DNA of 64,000 nucleotides, from positions 9,461-73,460 of the forward strand of contig CAVXRE010000015.1 in assembly GCA_963764175.1 (NCBI GenBank), read 5' to 3'. The DNA comes from an uncultured Verrucomicrobiae bacterium (GTDB lineage: Bacteria; Verrucomicrobiota; Verrucomicrobiia; Limisphaerales; UBA11358). Made by a program: the position numbers and the translations under genes. A model generated the notes under the pieces. The model had not been told where the DNA came from and made no database searches. It worked only from the letters and a program-made list of their open reading frames with translations. Positions 35,501 to 45,562 of this stretch are shown here, one piece after another (the first letter of the stretch is position 1; every line of letters begins with the position of its first letter).

Positions 35501-38500
35501 GTGTCTTCCATGAGCACGCCGCGGCGGCTGCCATTGACATAGACCGCCACCAGGCGTTTGTACAGCCACGGGACCTTTAGCGCGCGCAGGAAGGTATTGG
35601 CACACTCTTCGCGCTGGAGGCTGGCGTCATCGCCCGGACCGTTGCCAGGCTGATGAATCTTGTTGAAATCCGTTGCTCCCAGAAATTGATCGTCATCGTT
35701 GAATTCCCATTTGTAATGGCAAAGGCTGCCATTGGGAGTGTCAAACTCCTGATGATACGGACTGCCCGCGAACCGGCCTTGCATGTTGTAGATGACGCGG
35801 GAGTTGTTGACGAAGGTGCAATCGTTTCCTTCGTTGCTCAAGTCGGACAGGTTGGCCCATCGGGTTATGTTGGTTTGCGTAATCCATAAATGATAAACTC
35901 CGAAGCTGCCGCCCGGATTGCCATCGCCGAACATCACCACGCACTCGCGGACCGGTTCATTGTCCTGCGGACGCAATGCCGGGAAGCGTGTGGCTGCACC
36001 CAGGCCGTCCGCAGCCGAAATGTAAAACGCGGCAATTTGATTCGCAGCCTGTCCGGGAATCGTCGCACTGAAAACGCCATCGCCCCGAACCGCGTCGCCT
36101 CCAGTACCGTCGTCCTTCATCGGCACGGCCGTGTAGTTCGTCGCCGGATCAAGCCGGTAATACAGCGTCAGGTTTGTCACCCCATCAGGGTCGCTCACGT
36201 TGGCCGTCACCACCACTGGCTGGCTGGCTGCCGGCACACTCGGATTGTGGGTCACATTGTAAATGGCCGGCCCGGCATTTGTGACGAATCTGCTGTTAGG
36301 CATTCCGGGACTGCCAAGGTTGGCCGGCACCGGCATCGCCGCCGTGGCTTCGAGCCAGTTGCCATTCAAACGGAGCAGCGCTTCCGGCCAGCCATGCAGC
36401 CAGCGCGCCTTGAAACGCAAAATGGCGGTCTGGCCGGCTTGAAGGTTGGTGTTGGCCAGGGAAACCTGGCAGGAATTGACTCCGGTCCAAATACGGTCGC
36501 TGCACCGGATGTGAAGGGAATAACTGCTTTGATACCCGCTGTTTTCCAGGCTGGATCGCGTCATGCAGCCTTGGAATGACCAGCCATTCGTGCCGCTTTC
36601 AAACGCGCCATTGGAAACGTAGTTGCTCCCGTTGTAATCCACTTCAATGTTGTCCACCAAACATTCTCCGGCGTCCAGCAGACCGATTTGCGCGTAGTCA
36701 ATGCTGGCGTCGTAATTGGAGCCATTGTCGAGCACGCCGGTGTTTTCGATGTCCACCCAGGAAGATTTTTGGGTTTCGTCGCTGTCCGCCCAGTTGGCAG
36801 CCAGACGGTGATTGGAATGGGGATCAATCAATTCCAGACTGCTGCCACCGCCGCCGGACCATTCGCCCCAGCGTCCACCGGTGCCGTAGGTCACTTCGTC
36901 TTCCTCCACGTAAATGGTGTTGGTTCCAAAATAAGATTCGGGCTGGGACAAGACGACCAGTTCACCATTATGCGACAGCTTGCCGCTGTAATTGCCATAC
37001 GTGTTGCCGGAGTTGAGATTGGTGTAATTGGCAAACAAATTGGTGGTGTCCTTGCCCACCACGACGTAGCCGTTGGGACCGATGACCGCGTTGGCCGGAA
37101 ATGTGAAGGTGACGCCTGACGTGAACTGCCAGCCAGCCAGATTCACTGTATTCGTGCCTTTGTTGTAGAGTTCAATGTACTGATCATCGTCGTCGCCGCT
37201 GATTGGGTCATACATCAATTCGTTTATGACGATGTCGCCGATTAAAATCGCGCTGTTGTTTGTGCCCGGCGTGTTGGTCGTGAAGGCGTAAAAATCGTTC
37301 GCGCCATCCGGCCAGCGGCCAAAGGAAACACCGTCAGCCTGCGCCCCGAATTGCACCGCGTCCAAAATGCGGCTGCCGTCCGGCTTGATGAAGTAAAGCG
37401 TTTCTCCCGATCCATTGAGCGTGAAGCCGAATTGCGGCTGTGTGAACGAAACAAACCCAGCCGGGCCGATTACCGTACCACCAGGAATGATAAATTTATT
37501 GGTCGTGGGATCATCGGTCAAAATACAGCCTGAAATGTCCACGCGGTTCGTGCTGTGATTGTAGAGTTCGATGAATTGTGGCACCGCCGGATTTTCAGAA
37601 TGCGGCAGGATTTCATTGATGACCACGTTCCGCAGTGGACTTGGGTGAAAAGCATCCATCAGGCCCGGCGAGCCGCCCACGACATCGCTGATGTCCCACG
37701 CGCGCGGATCTCCTTCGCCATAGCTTGGATTGGCCAGCACGATGGAATGGCCCGTGCCGTCGGCCGCCACCGGCCACGGGTAAACATCGGAATACGGAAC
37801 CGTCAGCAACACCGCGCCTTGTTCGTCAATCAACTGCAGGGTTTCTGAATGCTTGAGACTGCCGTTGTATGGCCCGAAGACGTTTGTGGTCAGGCCATAG
37901 ACATTCTGCATGCTTTGCGGTGAAGCGGCGATGACGAAGAAGGCGCCGCCCGGAATGATTGTGTTCGAAGGAAACGTGTAATTCATGTCGGCACACACAA
38001 TCTGATAGCCACTGATGTCCTGAAACCAGGGAGTGGAATTGTAAATTTCAAGAAACTCCACGTTGTTGCCGTCGGTGCGCGGCGCGGGTTTCCACATGAT
38101 TTCGGAGAAGACAATCCCGGTTTTGCGGCTGGAAGGCCCAAGCGGTTCGTGTGGATTGACAATTGTGGCCACCACAGCATTGGTGGGCGTGGTTTCATAA
38201 TTCAGAAATTGCGCCGTGGTCAGTTGATTGGTGTTGTGACTGCTGACGGCCAGGCCCAGATAAATCTGACTGGGCATCGCAATTGTCACGGCGCCCAATT
38301 GTGTCCAATTTGATCCGTCGTAACTGCCGAAACCTGTGAACACATTGCCGGCGCGATTGAGTCGCAGCCATGTATTGGGATAGTTTACGGGAAAATTTCC
38401 CCCGGTGGCGGCCATGCCATTGGTAGCAGTGCGATAAGCAAAAAAATCGCCGTTCATGCCCGGCGTGGCCAGCGCGGCAGCGAACGGGCTGCCGGGATCC

Positions 38501-39999
38501 AGACTGGCGCGGGCCATCAATCCGGCTTGGGCCCAAAGATCGGACAAACCCAACGAGCCCAGACAGACTGTGACGTCAAAATTGCCGGCCCTGAGTTGAT
38601 ATTCAAAATTGAATTGATCGCTGTAGCCGCCAATGTAGTTGCCGGCGCTGCTGATGTTCACACCATTCGTCGTCAAGGTGGCGCTTGACGAAATGGCTGG
38701 ATTGCCGATGTCCTGCGCCGTGTAAGGAGAAGCGGTGAAACTGGCAAGAGTGTTGGTGGCAATCGTGTTGGGCGGGATGGCCTGATCGAGAATGCCATTG
38801 ACGACGAGCGTGTAGTTGCTGCCATAAACCAACGGCCCGGTAGTGAGGATGACCGTGCTGTTGTTGGCGGACAATGACGCGCCGTTGATGGCGGTGCCAT
38901 TGGTCAACACGTAGTTCGCGACATTGGTCGCGCTGACAGCCTGGAGCACCTTGGAATAGTCCACTTCCACGTTCGTTGCACCTATGTTCACCACCCTCAA
39001 CACGATTGGCGGCGTGGTGTCACGCGTCACGGTCAAGGTGACCGGCGCACTGGTCACCGCACCATAGTTATTGGTCAACACCAGTTGATACGAACCGGTA
39101 TTGGTAATCGCCGCGTTGAGCATCAGCGTGTTGGTGCTTGCCCCGGGAATGTTGGTGAATCCGCTCCCGCTGTTGAATTGCCATTGCAGGTAAAGAGGCG
39201 GCGCACCCGACACGCTGGCCGTGAAGGTCACCAGCGTCCCGACAAAAACATTGTTCGTCGGCGACACGGTTAATTGATTGATGGCTGGCACGTTTGCCGG
39301 TGCCAATCCCAGGTCGAAAACCGCGTCATAATTGCCGCTGCCAAAAGTGATTGCGCCGGTGGCGGGAGAAATAAGTCCAATCTGCCCTCCGGAATACGGA
39401 TTGCCGCTGGCGACAGCAAGCGCTTCCCAGCCGCCCACTGCCTCACTTGTCTTTCCGAACGAATACGCAAAAGTTGAATTGGCTGCCAGTGTCATGGACA
39501 AGTTGGTCCACTGCAACCAGTCGCCGTCGCTGAAGGTGAAATTGGCCGAGGTGTAAGTTTGCAGCAGCGCGGCCGTGCTGCCGGACACAGAATAAATGTG
39601 GAGGTAATAAGTCTGGGGCGTGCCAATGCCGTTGTAGGAATCCAGTCCGGCGGTCATAAAAGACACCGACATCAGCGTGTATCCCCAGGAGTTGGTTCCC
39701 GTGGTGAAAGTCTGGCCCGGCTCACCGGCACTATGACCACTTTGATTGTCGGTATAGTAATTCAAACCGTCGGGAAATGTCGTGTTCCCAGTGGTGTTAA
39801 ATTGGATTATGTCCTTCGCCCCAGGACTTGGCGCGGCGGCGCCCAAGTCCACAAGTGTTTGCGCATGCGTCGCACTCGCAAAAATTGTGAGGGCACCAGC
39901 CGCCAGCATCATTTTCAGCCGGATTATTTTCGAAAGACGGGACCAGAAATTGAGATTTGGAAAAGTTATAAGAAAAACCGCTGCATGGCTGTCATTCAC
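32569..39999 (-). CDS. Giant secreted lamin-tail-domain / CotH-kinase multidomain protein
   Basis: Ig and Big-like domains, DUF1349-like domain, about 5 LTDs (VVINEI..FIELYN), CotH-like region (VAVYVNG..NRDSFG..QNLYGY..MFDFN), C-terminal YQLEFKNNL..W..RFFRL. True start may be near 39914. Confidence 0.85.
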   Translation of the reverse strand: MNDSHAAVFLITFPNLNFWSRLSKIIRLKMMLAAGALTIFASATHAQTLVDLGAAAPSPGAKDIIQFNTTGNTTFPDGLNYYTDNQSGHSAGEPGQTFTTGTNSWGYTLMSVSFMTAGLDSYNGIGTPQTYYLHIYSVSGSTAALLQTYTSANFTFSDGDWLQWTNLSMTLAANSTFAYSFGKTSEAVGGWEALAVASGNPYSGGQIGLISPATGAITFGSGNYDAVFDLGLAPANVPAINQLTVSPTNNVFVGTLVTFTASVSGAPPLYLQWQFNSGSGFTNIPGASTNTLMLNAAITNTGSYQLVLTNNYGAVTSAPVTLTVTRDTTPPIVLRVVNIGATNVEVDYSKVLQAVSATNVANYVLTNGTAINGASLSANNSTVILTTGPLVYGSNYTLVVNGILDQAIPPNTIATNTLASFTASPYTAQDIGNPAISSSATLTTNGVNISSAGNYIGGYSDQFNFEYQLRAGNFDVTVCLGSLGLSDLWAQAGLMARASLDPGSPFAAALATPGMNGDFFAYRTATNGMAATGGNFPVNYPNTWLRLNRAGNVFTGFGSYDGSNWTQLGAVTIAMPSQIYLGLAVSSHNTNQLTTAQFLNYETTPTNAVVATIVNPHEPLGPSSRKTGIVFSEIMWKPAPRTDGNNVEFLEIYNSTPWFQDISGYQIVCADMNYTFPSNTIIPGGAFFVIAASPQSMQNVYGLTTNVFGPYNGSLKHSETLQLIDEQGAVLLTVPYSDVYPWPVAADGTGHSIVLANPSYGEGDPRAWDISDVVGGSPGLMDAFHPSPLRNVVINEILPHSENPAVPQFIELYNHSTNRVDISGCILTDDPTTNKFIIPGGTVIGPAGFVSFTQPQFGFTLNGSGETLYFIKPDGSRILDAVQFGAQADGVSFGRWPDGANDFYAFTTNTPGTNNSAILIGDIVINELMYDPISGDDDDQYIELYNKGTNTVNLAGWQFTSGVTFTFPANAVIGPNGYVVVGKDTTNLFANYTNLNSGNTYGNYSGKLSHNGELVVLSQPESYFGTNTIYVEEDEVTYGTGGRWGEWSGGGGSSLELIDPHSNHRLAANWADSDETQKSSWVDIENTGVLDNGSNYDASIDYAQIGLLDAGECLVDNIEVDYNGSNYVSNGAFESGTNGWSFQGCMTRSSLENSGYQSSYSLHIRCSDRIWTGVNSCQVSLANTNLQAGQTAILRFKARWLHGWPEALLRLNGNWLEATAAMPVPANLGSPGMPNSRFVTNAGPAIYNVTHNPSVPAASQPVVVTANVSDPDGVTNLTLYYRLDPATNYTAVPMKDDGTGGDAVRGDGVFSATIPGQAANQIAAFYISAADGLGAATRFPALRPQDNEPVRECVVMFGDGNPGGSFGVYHLWITQTNITRWANLSDLSNEGNDCTFVNNSRVIYNMQGRFAGSPYHQEFDTPNGSLCHYKWEFNDDDQFLGATDFNKIHQPGNGPGDDASLQREECANTFLRALKVPWLYKRLVAVYVNGSRRGVLMEDTQVPDSDMVKEYFPNDTGGYMYKMQPWFEFAPFPSGSYASFNMNNWVTLNNYTTTGGAKKAASYRYNFEIRRTADSDNNFAAPYSLVDAANSYGMPNYVANMENLADMENWMRVFAANHAAANRDSFGATTEQNLYGYIGALGTKYSLLMFDFNICLDHGAWGPGQDLFAVNYQDPYTADIYSNPTFLRMYWRALEELVNGPLNLANTAPLCDAKYNAFVDNGLTVEDPNASMLPWIAEAQTSIASQLAAIDATSFTVNPNVTLSNNVAYVTGQAPVNVDTVWINGVAYPLTWTSLTNWTITLPLAGRTNNLNVVGVDRNNQPITGDSNSVSVIYNGTNSSPAGRVVINEIMYAPAANDAQFVELYNNSTNMTFDLSGWQLQALSYTFPNGSILAPTNYLVLAENGAAFAEAYGATNPVYDYFGGTLPASGILALNTSSNVTVAEVEYENQLPWPTNANGTGASLQLIDPNQDNWRVGNWSLSPFIATPGVQNSVAASLTPFPSLWINELQADNLTGITNSAGQHTGWLELYNPSTNVIPLNGLYLADNYTNLLQWAFPGSAVINAGQFEVIFADGLTNLSTASELHANFILPSGTGSLALTRLATNGQQQVLDYVDYVNIGVNDSYGSFPDGQSFNRQEFFQATPGAPNNGTAMPPPSFIDYTAAGSVYTQNFDSLPDPGATSVNTANPVTINGVTYSLANPYDFAYPAIASGNSGGLGISALAGWYGSDVLLSRFGATDGDQTTGGQLSFGPPSSSNRALGLLATSTTGGTAFGVRFINGTGIALNRMNLQFTGEVWRQSDKSKTLQFYYFVDPTGTAAFPGTATAFLPALNVSFPTVGSDSGGVAVDGTSPLNQTNLSVLNQTITNWPAGTALWLVWQMTDNTGKAQGLGIDNLSFSASIPLPVPVSIQILGTNIFLNWPAVAGQSYQLEFKNNLTDPVWTPVGGSVTGTGGTLIITNNFGGSPQRFFRLQLMN

Positions 40000-40103
40000 A
40001 TAAACAATCTAACATTTGCAGCCATAATATCAAGAACTCAATGATAGACAGGATGTTGTTGCTGCCTTGCGGGAGATTCGCGTCGAGGCCGCAACGACAC
40101 GAA

Positions 40104-42926
40104 CTAGCTTCCGACTTCCTTTTCATCTTCGCGCGGCGGGAATTCGAAAGTGACTTTGCCCGCGTCGTCCATCACAAGATATGCCGGAAAGGGCCTGCCG
40201 GCCTTGGAAATGAACTGATTGAGCAAATCCGTCTTGCGAACGGTCAGCAGCTTTTCCGCCTGCGGACGCTCAATCGGTTGCTGCAATATCTTCCGGCTGA
40301 TTTTGAATTTGCAGTGCTTCCTGTCCGCTTGCGACTTTTCACAAAGATAGGCCGCGTCGGTTTCAAAAACCTTCCCGCCGCACTTTGGACATTTGCCCAG
40401 CGGCTCCTTGCCGGCAAAGTCAATCTTCGGCTGCGGCTCCTTTGGCTTCGCATCCTTCGAACGTGACTTGCGTTCGCGCGGCAGAAATTCAAACGCGGTC
40501 CCGCCATCCTTGAGCACGAGAAACGCCTCGAATTTGCGCCCCGTTTTTTTGGAGACAAAACCCTTGAGCAAATCAGTTTTGCCCTCGGCAAGCAGCTTCG
40601 TGACTTGTGCCGGCTCGATGTTTTGCTGCAAAATGATTTTGCCGGTTCGAAACGTGCAGGTCTTGTCCGCGCCGGTCGCCTTTTCACAAAGGTAACTCAT
40701 CCCCGCATCGAACACCCGGGCGCCGCACTTCGGACATTTGCCGAGCGGTTCCTTGCCAGTGAAATCCACCGGCGCCGCGGCCTCGCCAAACTCGTTTTTC
40801 TGCTCGTTGCCAAAATCGAATTCGATTTTGAATTCCGGCGTCAGTTTCAGCATCGCGGCGAACGGTTTGCCCATCTTGCTCCGGAAACCCTGCAACGGCC
40901 CGATTTGTCTTTCGGTAATGAGCTCCTCGACTTCCTCGAACTCAAACATCCGGCTGCACAGCGTTTTCCAGATGGCAAAATCGCACTTCACACATTGGAA
41001 CTGCTTGTACTGCTCGTGGACTTCGCCGCCGCATTTCGGGCACGGCGTTTTCAACACGCCAAAGTCGCCGGGGATGGTGTCATGTTCGAATTTCTTCGCG
41101 CGCTCGACGATGTGCCTCGTCATGTCAGCGATCTCCGACATGAATTCCTCGCGGCTCTTCTGCCGGCGCTGGATCTGATGCAGCTTGAATTCCCAATCGC
41201 CGGTCAGCTCCGGCCTGGTCAGTTCGGCAATGTCGAGGCCGTTGAGCAATTCCATCAGCGAAAATGCCTTGGCCGTCGCCTGCAGCTCACGCCCGTTCCG
41301 GTGAATATAACTCTCGTAAATCAAACCCTCGATGATGGCGGCGCGCGTGGCGGGCGTGCCGAGACCCTTTTCGCGCATCGCCTCGCGCAATTCGTCATCC
41401 TCGACCAGCTTGCCCGCGCCTTCCATCGCGCTCAACAGCGTCGCTTCCGTGTAGCGCGGCGGCGGTTTGGTGGCGTTTTGCTTCACCTCGATGCCGCTGG
41501 TGTTGACCTTTTCGTTCGGCTTCACCGGCGCCAGATTCGTGTCTTCATCCTGCGCTTCCTTGCCGTAGACGGCCAGCCAGCCCGGGTTGACAATGACCTT
41601 GCCGGTGCTCTTGAATGGCTCGTTCTCGACGCGCGTGATGCGGATTGTCTCCAAGAATTCCGCCGCCGGATAAAAAATGGCGAGAAACCGCTTCGTCACC
41701 ATGTCATAAAGTTTTTGTTCCGGTTCACTTAAACCATGCGGCATCTGCGTTGTCGGGATGATGGCGAAGTGATCCGACACCTTGGCATTGTTGAAGATGC
41801 GCTTGTTCGGATGCACCCAGTCATTTTTGAGAATCGCTTCAGCGAATGCCCCATAACGGGTTTCGCCCAGCATCTTCAGCGCGCTCTTGACGGTGGCGAT
41901 GTAATCCTCCGGCAGCGCGCGGGAATCGGTGCGCGGATACGTCAGCACCTTGTGCCTTTCGTAGAGCGACTGCGCCAAACCGAGCGTGTTCTTCGCGCTG
42001 AACCCAAACCGTGAATTCGCGTCGCGCTGCAAACTCGTCAAATCATAGAGCAACGGCGACAGCGAAGTGCTGGGCTTGCTTTCCTCGGTGACAATGCCCG
42101 GCTTGCCCAGGCATTTGTCGCGGAGTGCTTGCGCACGGCCAACATCCCAAAGGCGTTCGGGTTTGAGCTGGTCGTCGCCGTCCTTCGTGTCCGGCCTGGA
42201 AAAATTCTCGTCGAACCATCGCCCAATATACTGGCCGGCAGCGGCATCAAACGTGCCGATGACCTCCCAAAAATCACGCGAAACAAATTTTTTGATCCTT
42301 GCTTCGCGCTCGACCAGGATGGCCAGTGTCGGCGTCTGGACACGGCCAACCGTCGTCTTGAAAAAACCGCCGAGCTTGGAATTGAACGCCGTCATCGCGC
42401 GCGTGCCGTTGATGCCGACCAGCCAGTCGGCCTCCGACCGGCTGTAGGCAGCATCGGCCAGCGGCAGCATGTCCTTGTCTTCACGAAGCTGCGCGAAACC
42501 TTCGCGGATGGCCGCCGGCGTCATGGATTGCAACCAGAGCCGTTTGATGGGCTGCTTCGCCTTGGTAAATCTGACGATGTTGCGGAAAATCAATTCACCC
42601 TCGCGCCCGGCGTCACACGCATTGACGAGCGCGTCCACGTCGGGGCGTTTGATCAGCTTTTTGAGGACCTTGAGCCGCGGCTCGCTTTTCTCAATCGGCA
42701 GCAGGTCGAAATGCGGTGGGATGATGGGCAGGCATTTGAAAGTCCACTTGCCGCGCGCGGCCTCGACGCCTTCGGGCGGCACGATGGTGAGCAGATGGCC
42801 GACCGCCGACGAAAGGACGTAGTGGTCGCTTTCGTAAAATTCGTCCACTTTCTTGAAGCCGCCGAGCGCCTTGGCGATGTCGCCGGCGACGGACGGTTTC
42901 TCCGCGATGATGAGTGTTTTGCCCAT
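40104..42926 (-). CDS. topB: DNA topoisomerase III with C-terminal Cys4 zinc-ribbon repeats
   Basis: LIIAEKPSVA, NACDAGREGELIF, GRVQTPTL, catalytic LTYPRTDS, GLGTPATRA, three CPKCG repeats. Confidence 0.9.
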   Translation of the reverse strand: MGKTLIIAEKPSVAGDIAKALGGFKKVDEFYESDHYVLSSAVGHLLTIVPPEGVEAARGKWTFKCLPIIPPHFDLLPIEKSEPRLKVLKKLIKRPDVDALVNACDAGREGELIFRNIVRFTKAKQPIKRLWLQSMTPAAIREGFAQLREDKDMLPLADAAYSRSEADWLVGINGTRAMTAFNSKLGGFFKTTVGRVQTPTLAILVEREARIKKFVSRDFWEVIGTFDAAAGQYIGRWFDENFSRPDTKDGDDQLKPERLWDVGRAQALRDKCLGKPGIVTEESKPSTSLSPLLYDLTSLQRDANSRFGFSAKNTLGLAQSLYERHKVLTYPRTDSRALPEDYIATVKSALKMLGETRYGAFAEAILKNDWVHPNKRIFNNAKVSDHFAIIPTTQMPHGLSEPEQKLYDMVTKRFLAIFYPAAEFLETIRITRVENEPFKSTGKVIVNPGWLAVYGKEAQDEDTNLAPVKPNEKVNTSGIEVKQNATKPPPRYTEATLLSAMEGAGKLVEDDELREAMREKGLGTPATRAAIIEGLIYESYIHRNGRELQATAKAFSLMELLNGLDIAELTRPELTGDWEFKLHQIQRRQKSREEFMSEIADMTRHIVERAKKFEHDTIPGDFGVLKTPCPKCGGEVHEQYKQFQCVKCDFAIWKTLCSRMFEFEEVEELITERQIGPLQGFRSKMGKPFAAMLKLTPEFKIEFDFGNEQKNEFGEAAAPVDFTGKEPLGKCPKCGARVFDAGMSYLCEKATGADKTCTFRTGKIILQQNIEPAQVTKLLAEGKTDLLKGFVSKKTGRKFEAFLVLKDGGTAFEFLPRERKSRSKDAKPKEPQPKIDFAGKEPLGKCPKCGGKVFETDAAYLCEKSQADRKHCKFKISRKILQQPIERPQAEKLLTVRKTDLLNQFISKAGRPFPAYLVMDDAGKVTFEFPPREDEKEVGS

Positions 42927-43379
42927 TTGTTGCCCGCGCTTTTACACCGGGCGCGGCAAACATGCGAAGAAAATCTTTTTTGTCAAACCGAACTTGAAAA
43001 TCGAATTTTTAGAAAAGTGCCAATCGAACGCTCTTTTTTGTCTTCGGCAATGACAAAAGATGTGGTGCAAATTCCCAAAATAAATCCTTGGCAACCTTAG
43101 GTGAAGAGCGTAGAACCGCATCGTCACACAAGCAGTTCCAAACAAATGTAGAAAAACAAGACCCAAAGGTTGATTTGGCATCAATCCCAATCCAGACGAC
43201 TTTATGTATATCACGTTCAGCGGCGTTGCCAACACGAACGGCTCGCCCAACTGGGAAGCGACCGTGCCGCAATGAAAAAGTTCATTCGCAACGTTGTCGG
43301 AGTGTAAGCGTCATGCCAAGCACCTATTGACAGAGCAACGGCTTGGGTCGTAAGTGTCAGAGATATTATGCTACGACGT

Positions 43380-44915
43380 TTATGACGCGACGCGTTGCAC
43401 CGGCTGGCGCGTTTTATTCCAAGCTTGCGGTGTCACTTCGGGGATTTGGCGGTTGGTCATGTGCGGCAGGCGGGTGAGGACTTCACGAAGATAAGCGTAA
43501 GGGGCAAGGCCACGGCGGCGGCAGCTTTCGATGACGGTGTAAATGATGGCGCTGCGTTCACCGGCCCCAGCGTCACCCACGAAGAGCCAGTTCTTTTTGC
43601 CGATGGCCGTGGGTCGAATGGCATTTTTCACGAGGTTGTTATCAATCTCCACCCGGCCATCATCGAGATAAACTTCCAGCGTGCGCCACTGGCCCAGCGC
43701 ATAATCAATGGCTCCACCCAGCAAGCTTTGGGGCAGATGTCGTCCGCTGGTTTTGAGTTTAACCAGAACGCGTTTGATGCGTCCGACCACCGGAAAGCTT
43801 TGATGGGCACGCACGGCTTGGCGCAATTGCGGCCCGGCCCGGTGTTCGCGCAAATCGGCTTCAATCTGGTAGAGGTGCTGGATTTGCCGCACGAGCCAGC
43901 CTGCGGTTCGTGGTGAGGACTCGATGGCTTCGTAAAATTTACGCCGCACATGGGCCCAGCAACCCGCCAGTTCAATGGCATTGTCACGACTGTTGGCAAA
44001 CGCGCGATAGGCAGAGTAGCCATCGCATTGCAACGTGCCGGCGAAGTTCCTGGGGATGACGTTGTCCAGACACGCACCTACGCGGCTGGTTTCCCAGCGG
44101 AAAAACACGTCACCGCCCGGACGACTGCCAGTCCAGAAATAGCCCTGCCTGATTCGTCCGTGACCGGGTTCCAAATAGCCGACCGGCGTTTCATCCACCT
44201 GCACATAGCCACCCGCCATCACCCCGGTGCGGATCTGTTCATAGATTGGCTTGAGCCAGTCAGCCGCCAGCGCCACCCACTGCGCCAAAGTTTGCCGCAG
44301 CAGGTGAACTCCGTAGCGGCGAATGAAAATCTGTTCCTACCGATACAGGGGAAGATGATCGCAGTATTTGCCGACCAGAACGTGCGCCAGCAATCCGGGT
44401 GCAGCCAGACCACGCTCCTGCAAACATTCTGGCAAAGGCGCGATGACCGGTGACTGGTCAAGGTCAACCCGGTGAACTTATTTGCGCCGGACGGTCCGGC
44501 GGCGCAAAAAACGCGCCGGTTCAAAATCCAGTTGCTCGCTGACTTCCTGCCCGATGCAACGCCAGCTTTGCGGCGCGGCTTTCACCGGTTCGGAATCAAT
44601 GACTTCTTCGACCACCGGCAGGTTCTCCGGCAGTCGCGGCGTGCGTTCTGTCCGTGAACGGCTGACCGCAGCTTTGGGTTCTTCCACCACGGCAACAGGG
44701 GCGGTGGTTTCCGCAAGGGCGGGCAGTTGCAGGAGCAGTTCCAGTTGCGCGCGATCCAATCGTTCACTGCTGGAACCAAACACCCGCCGCATCAGCAAAT
44801 CAATCTTCTGCCGCAACAAGGTGTTCTCCTGGTGGGACAGTTCCAGGGCTTCTGTCAGGGAGACGACGAGTTCGCGCAAGGAGGAAAGTTCAGCGTGCAG
44901 CGGCGCGGTGTTCAT
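43380..44915 (-). pseudogene. tnpC: IS66 transposase TnpC with two in-frame nonsense codons
   Basis: One continuous frame broken by TAA at 44478-44480 (RRK*V) and TAG at 44337-44339 (HLPLYR*EQIF). Motifs VDETP, QCDGY, GCWAHVRRKF, IDNN. Confidence 0.9.
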
Positions 44916-44986
44916 CGTTGCGAACTCTGACGCTGGCTGGCGACGGAAGGTTCAAACTTTTTGAAACTTTTTTTCAGCGGATAATT

Positions 44987-45343
44987 TCAGCCCTCTCGCT
45001 CATACCACGGACGCAACTTACCGCCGTGCAAATCCACGCCATCGGTCAACATCGCCAGCGCCTGCGGGGTCAGCTTCAGCTTGGTCGTTCCCGGCTCCAA
45101 GTTCTTCGGCCAGGAAAAAGTTCCTTGCTCCAGCCGCTTGGTCAGCACCCATAACCCCGTGCCGTCCCAGCACAGGATTTTGATCCGCGTGTGCCGCCGG
45201 TTGCTGAACACAAATAGCGCCCCGGCACGCGGTTCCTCACCCAATCGCTCAGTCACCACGGCGTGCAGTCCGTTGAACCCTTTGCGCATGTCGCAGGCTT
45301 CCACGGCCACGAATACCTTCAGGCTGCCCGAGAAGCTCAACAT
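44987..45343 (-). CDS. tnpB: IS66 accessory protein TnpB
   Basis: DMRKGFNGL..LFVFSNRR..IKILCWDGTGLWVLTKRLEQGTF.WP. Confidence 0.92.
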   Translation of the reverse strand: MLSFSGSLKVFVAVEACDMRKGFNGLHAVVTERLGEEPRAGALFVFSNRRHTRIKILCWDGTGLWVLTKRLEQGTFSWPKNLEPGTTKLKLTPQALAMLTDGVDLHGGKLRPWYEREG

Positions 45344-45435
45344 GGCCTGGCCAGCGTCCGCAATAATATCGCCGCCAACGTCGCTTGTTTGGCATCGGTG
45401 ATTTGCACCTTCGCCCCACCAGGCAACTCCAATAA
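45337..45435 (-). pseudogene. tnpA: 3' remnant of IS66 tnpA (internally deleted)
   Basis: LELPGGAKVQITDAKQATLAAILLRTLARPC* overlaps the tnpB start; only about 40 bp separate it from the element end. Confidence 0.6.
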
Positions 45436-45562
45436 CTATGAGAACTTTATCCAGTGGTGCTACGCGTGACGCTTACCCTTTGACAACATCATTGATAACA
45501 TCGATGGCCGGTTTTCAACGGCGGCCTGCTCGCGATTTGGCAGAGTTGGCTTCGACGACTCT

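Larger units (their letters stand above)
43304..45476 (-). mobile_element. Degenerate IS66-family element
   Basis: 21-bp IRs GTAAGCGTCAnGCnnAGCACC at both ends; tnpA-tnpB-tnpC order; no 8-bp target duplication. Confidence 0.9.

Noticed and set aside
42927-43303. Short ORFs between topB and IS66
   Set aside because: No recognisable motifs; overlapping alternatives on both strands; probably promoter plus debris.
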